64,000 bases of DNA from Podarcis pityusensis (lineage: Eukaryota), in NCBI GenBank assembly GCA_964106645.2, contig OZ067043.1; one strand, written 5' to 3'. Below the pieces are notes generated by a model. The model worked only from the letters and a program-made list of their open reading frames with translations, was not told the origin of the DNA and made no database searches. Within the stretch, counting starts at the first letter, position 1; each line of letters starts with the position of its first letter. This document shows, one piece after another, positions 61,701-64,000 of this stretch. The translations under genes were made by a program, and so were the position numbers.

Positions 61701-64000
61701 GGTGGTCTGGAAGATACTGTACTCGGTTCTCCTTGTCCATGACCTTCTCATAGGGAAGGTTTCCGGAGGGGCCCTCGCATGTGGGTTTCCCACGGCAGGC
61801 CCACCTCTTGTCGTTCTCCACATCCTTGGTCTCAAAAATAAAAATAGTTTAAGAGACGACTCCAGACTTCCACCATATTGGGCTCTGTGGTGCTCAGTTT
61901 GCTTCCTCATCTGTGAAAGCAGCGGAAAGGCGAGGGGTGGGGAAAGGCTTTCTTAATGGCTGTTCAGTGCTAGTTGTGAATTTTGATGCTGTGCACACCA
62001 ATGGCATTTTGATGTCTGAAAGTAGATCAAAAGAAGTGCATTTGGAGGAACTTTCTAAAAGTGCAGTGTTGTTTCCTTTTTTTATGTGGTGAAATTTGAG
62101 CAAGGCCTAGAGGGTGTAGCCTTGGAACCAGGGGACCTGTGTCAGAGTCTGGAGCTGCTGTCCCTTGGTTATCTTTAGTATCAAAGCAATTGCACTTTAA
62201 TGAACTCCTGACTAGCTACATAAATGTTTATACATTGACAGGATTACTGGGTCTTAATGTTGATATATATCTTTTCCTTCACTACCAAACATTGATTTCA
62301 TTGTTCATCATGGTTTCGATGTTAACCATCCTAGCATTGGTAAGAAGTTCTGCATGTTTTTGGGTGAAGGAGACTTGGCTCACCAATAGCCTGGATTCAT
62401 TCTTGCTGGTGAGATATTTGCATTTTCTGGTAGTCTCTACATTTGTTCAGATGATAATTTGTTCTTGGTGAGCCCATGCAGGTATGCTGTGTCCTTATTC
62501 TAAACAAGGAACAATTCAGAAAGTCCTTCATCATGAGTTGAATGACATATTTGTTCTTGTATTGTGTGGTTGCAATTTATTGGGAACCAAAAAAGCGTTA
62601 ACACTGTTGGGGGAAATGTGATGAACCATGCAAAAGGTGCACAGTGGACTCTCCCCCCCCCCCTTCAGTTTGTTTTGTCAACAAGCTTTGGAGCAGTTGT
62701 CCTACAACAGTCCTGTCCCAGCTCTCTGGGAGCTGTTGGTGGCTTCAACTGGATTAGCCCAGCTGATTTGGTTAAGACTTCACCAGTCAGGGTTGAGGAA
62801 TGACAAACAGCAAACTAAGCTCTGACCTTCTGATTCAAACTCAGTTTCTTTAAGGTCATTTTACCAATTGGACACAGACCTTGCTTAGAAGCAGAGAGTT
62901 TCTTACTGGTTCCTGTTGGGACTAAGTCTGCTCACGTATACCACTCTACTCAAACAGTACTCCATTTCCTTTTCTCCTTCATTATATCTTATTTGCAGCT
63001 AGGGTTCTTCTGCCCCTCCCCTCCTCTTTTTGCTACTTTTCCTGTGGTAAGTGTGACTCTTAGTTCCCCTTTCAGATCAGCATGGATGGGAAGAACAGAA
63101 CTTCTCCTTTTCTAGCCATGATTACTACAGCTGTACCAGGGAGGACGTTAACATTTTCCTTTCTTTTCAGTAGGATGTGAGCATAGATGCCTCATGGTGG
63201 GTCTCTGAGTATCGCCCTGTCTTGGCTTCTGTGGACCCTGAACCAAGCATGATTCTGTTATTACTCTGGGACATTCATGCACCTGAGCTAGGGTTTGTCA
63301 GACTGGTGGCTGGGGACTGTGGCCAGGAAGGAATGTGCTCCAAGTCATGAGACATCTGTCCCAAAATGTGAGAAGCTATTTGACCTATAGATGGGCTACA
63401 TAGGTAGAAATACCTTACCCCATCCCAATATATATCTGGAAGGGACAATGAAGAACTCTTTCCTATAACAGTACTTCAGTGTTCTGCCTCATGACTAAAC
63501 TTATTGGAGAGGAAGCAGAGCGGAGCACCACTTGAATGAATAAATGATGTATGTAACCGTACTCGGGGGGGGGGTAGCCTGTCATTTGACCTTGCTACTA
63601 TAGGGAAGAAGCAGTGTGATGAATGGAGGTTTATTCACTGTGCTGTCTCTTCTTTTTTATGGTAGCTTTGGGTAACTGTTGTTGCAAAACAGTGACTTAA
63701 CTTCTCAGATGTGATTGAATGATTAATAACTTTGAAGAGTCTTAAAGGTTTTGGATCTTAACCTTTAGGATCACAATCTTTAATGTGAAGGATTTACTGA
63801 AATATTATTCTCTCCAGGTTTTATGCTCGAAACACTGTTACATTTTTATTTTTTCATCATTGTTTAACGATTAATAAGATCAGTTGTACTGGCCAATTCT
63901 CAAAGCATCAGCAGAATCATGGCTTCAGTGGTCAGTTTGCTGTTGTGCCAACTCTACTTTGTGTAATAAACTACACTTAACTTGGTTTTCCATAGTGTCT

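Noticed and set aside
61329-64000. ATP6V0B exon 2 or other coding exons
   Set aside because: No segment with a matching peptide and splice signals found; treated as intron 1.

Overview
Vertebrate genomic DNA, most likely a squamate and probably a lacertid lizard (inferred from CR1, L2, Sauria-SINE and hAT/mariner MITE types). It holds the conserved ARTN-IPO13-DPH2-ATP6V0B cluster. The window contains the last coding exon and 3'UTR of artemin (+), a complete 20-exon importin-13 gene (+, CDS 5009-49536, 960 aa), a complete DPH2 gene on the minus strand (6 coding exons, 475 aa, plus a probable non-coding first exon), and ATP6V0B exon 1 (+). DPH2 and ATP6V0B are head-to-head on one CpG-island promoter. 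IPO13 intron 2 carries a young, 5'-truncated ~3.9 kb CR1 LINE nested in an older L2-like element. There is no prokaryote-style novel system. The best leads are: (i) candidate extra exons in IPO13 intron 15 (an in-frame 69-nt exon that could also be an alternative first exon, and a stop-containing poison-type exon); (ii) DPH2 inverted relative to the human layout, sharing a CLEAR/E-box promoter with ATP6V0B and carrying a spliced uORF; (iii) palindromic hAT MITEs carrying the same ZNF143-type motif as the IPO13 promoter; (iv) an ATG created at the CR1 insertion junction that opens an intact ORF1 esterase frame. Exon coordinates were read by hand from splice signals and frame continuity.
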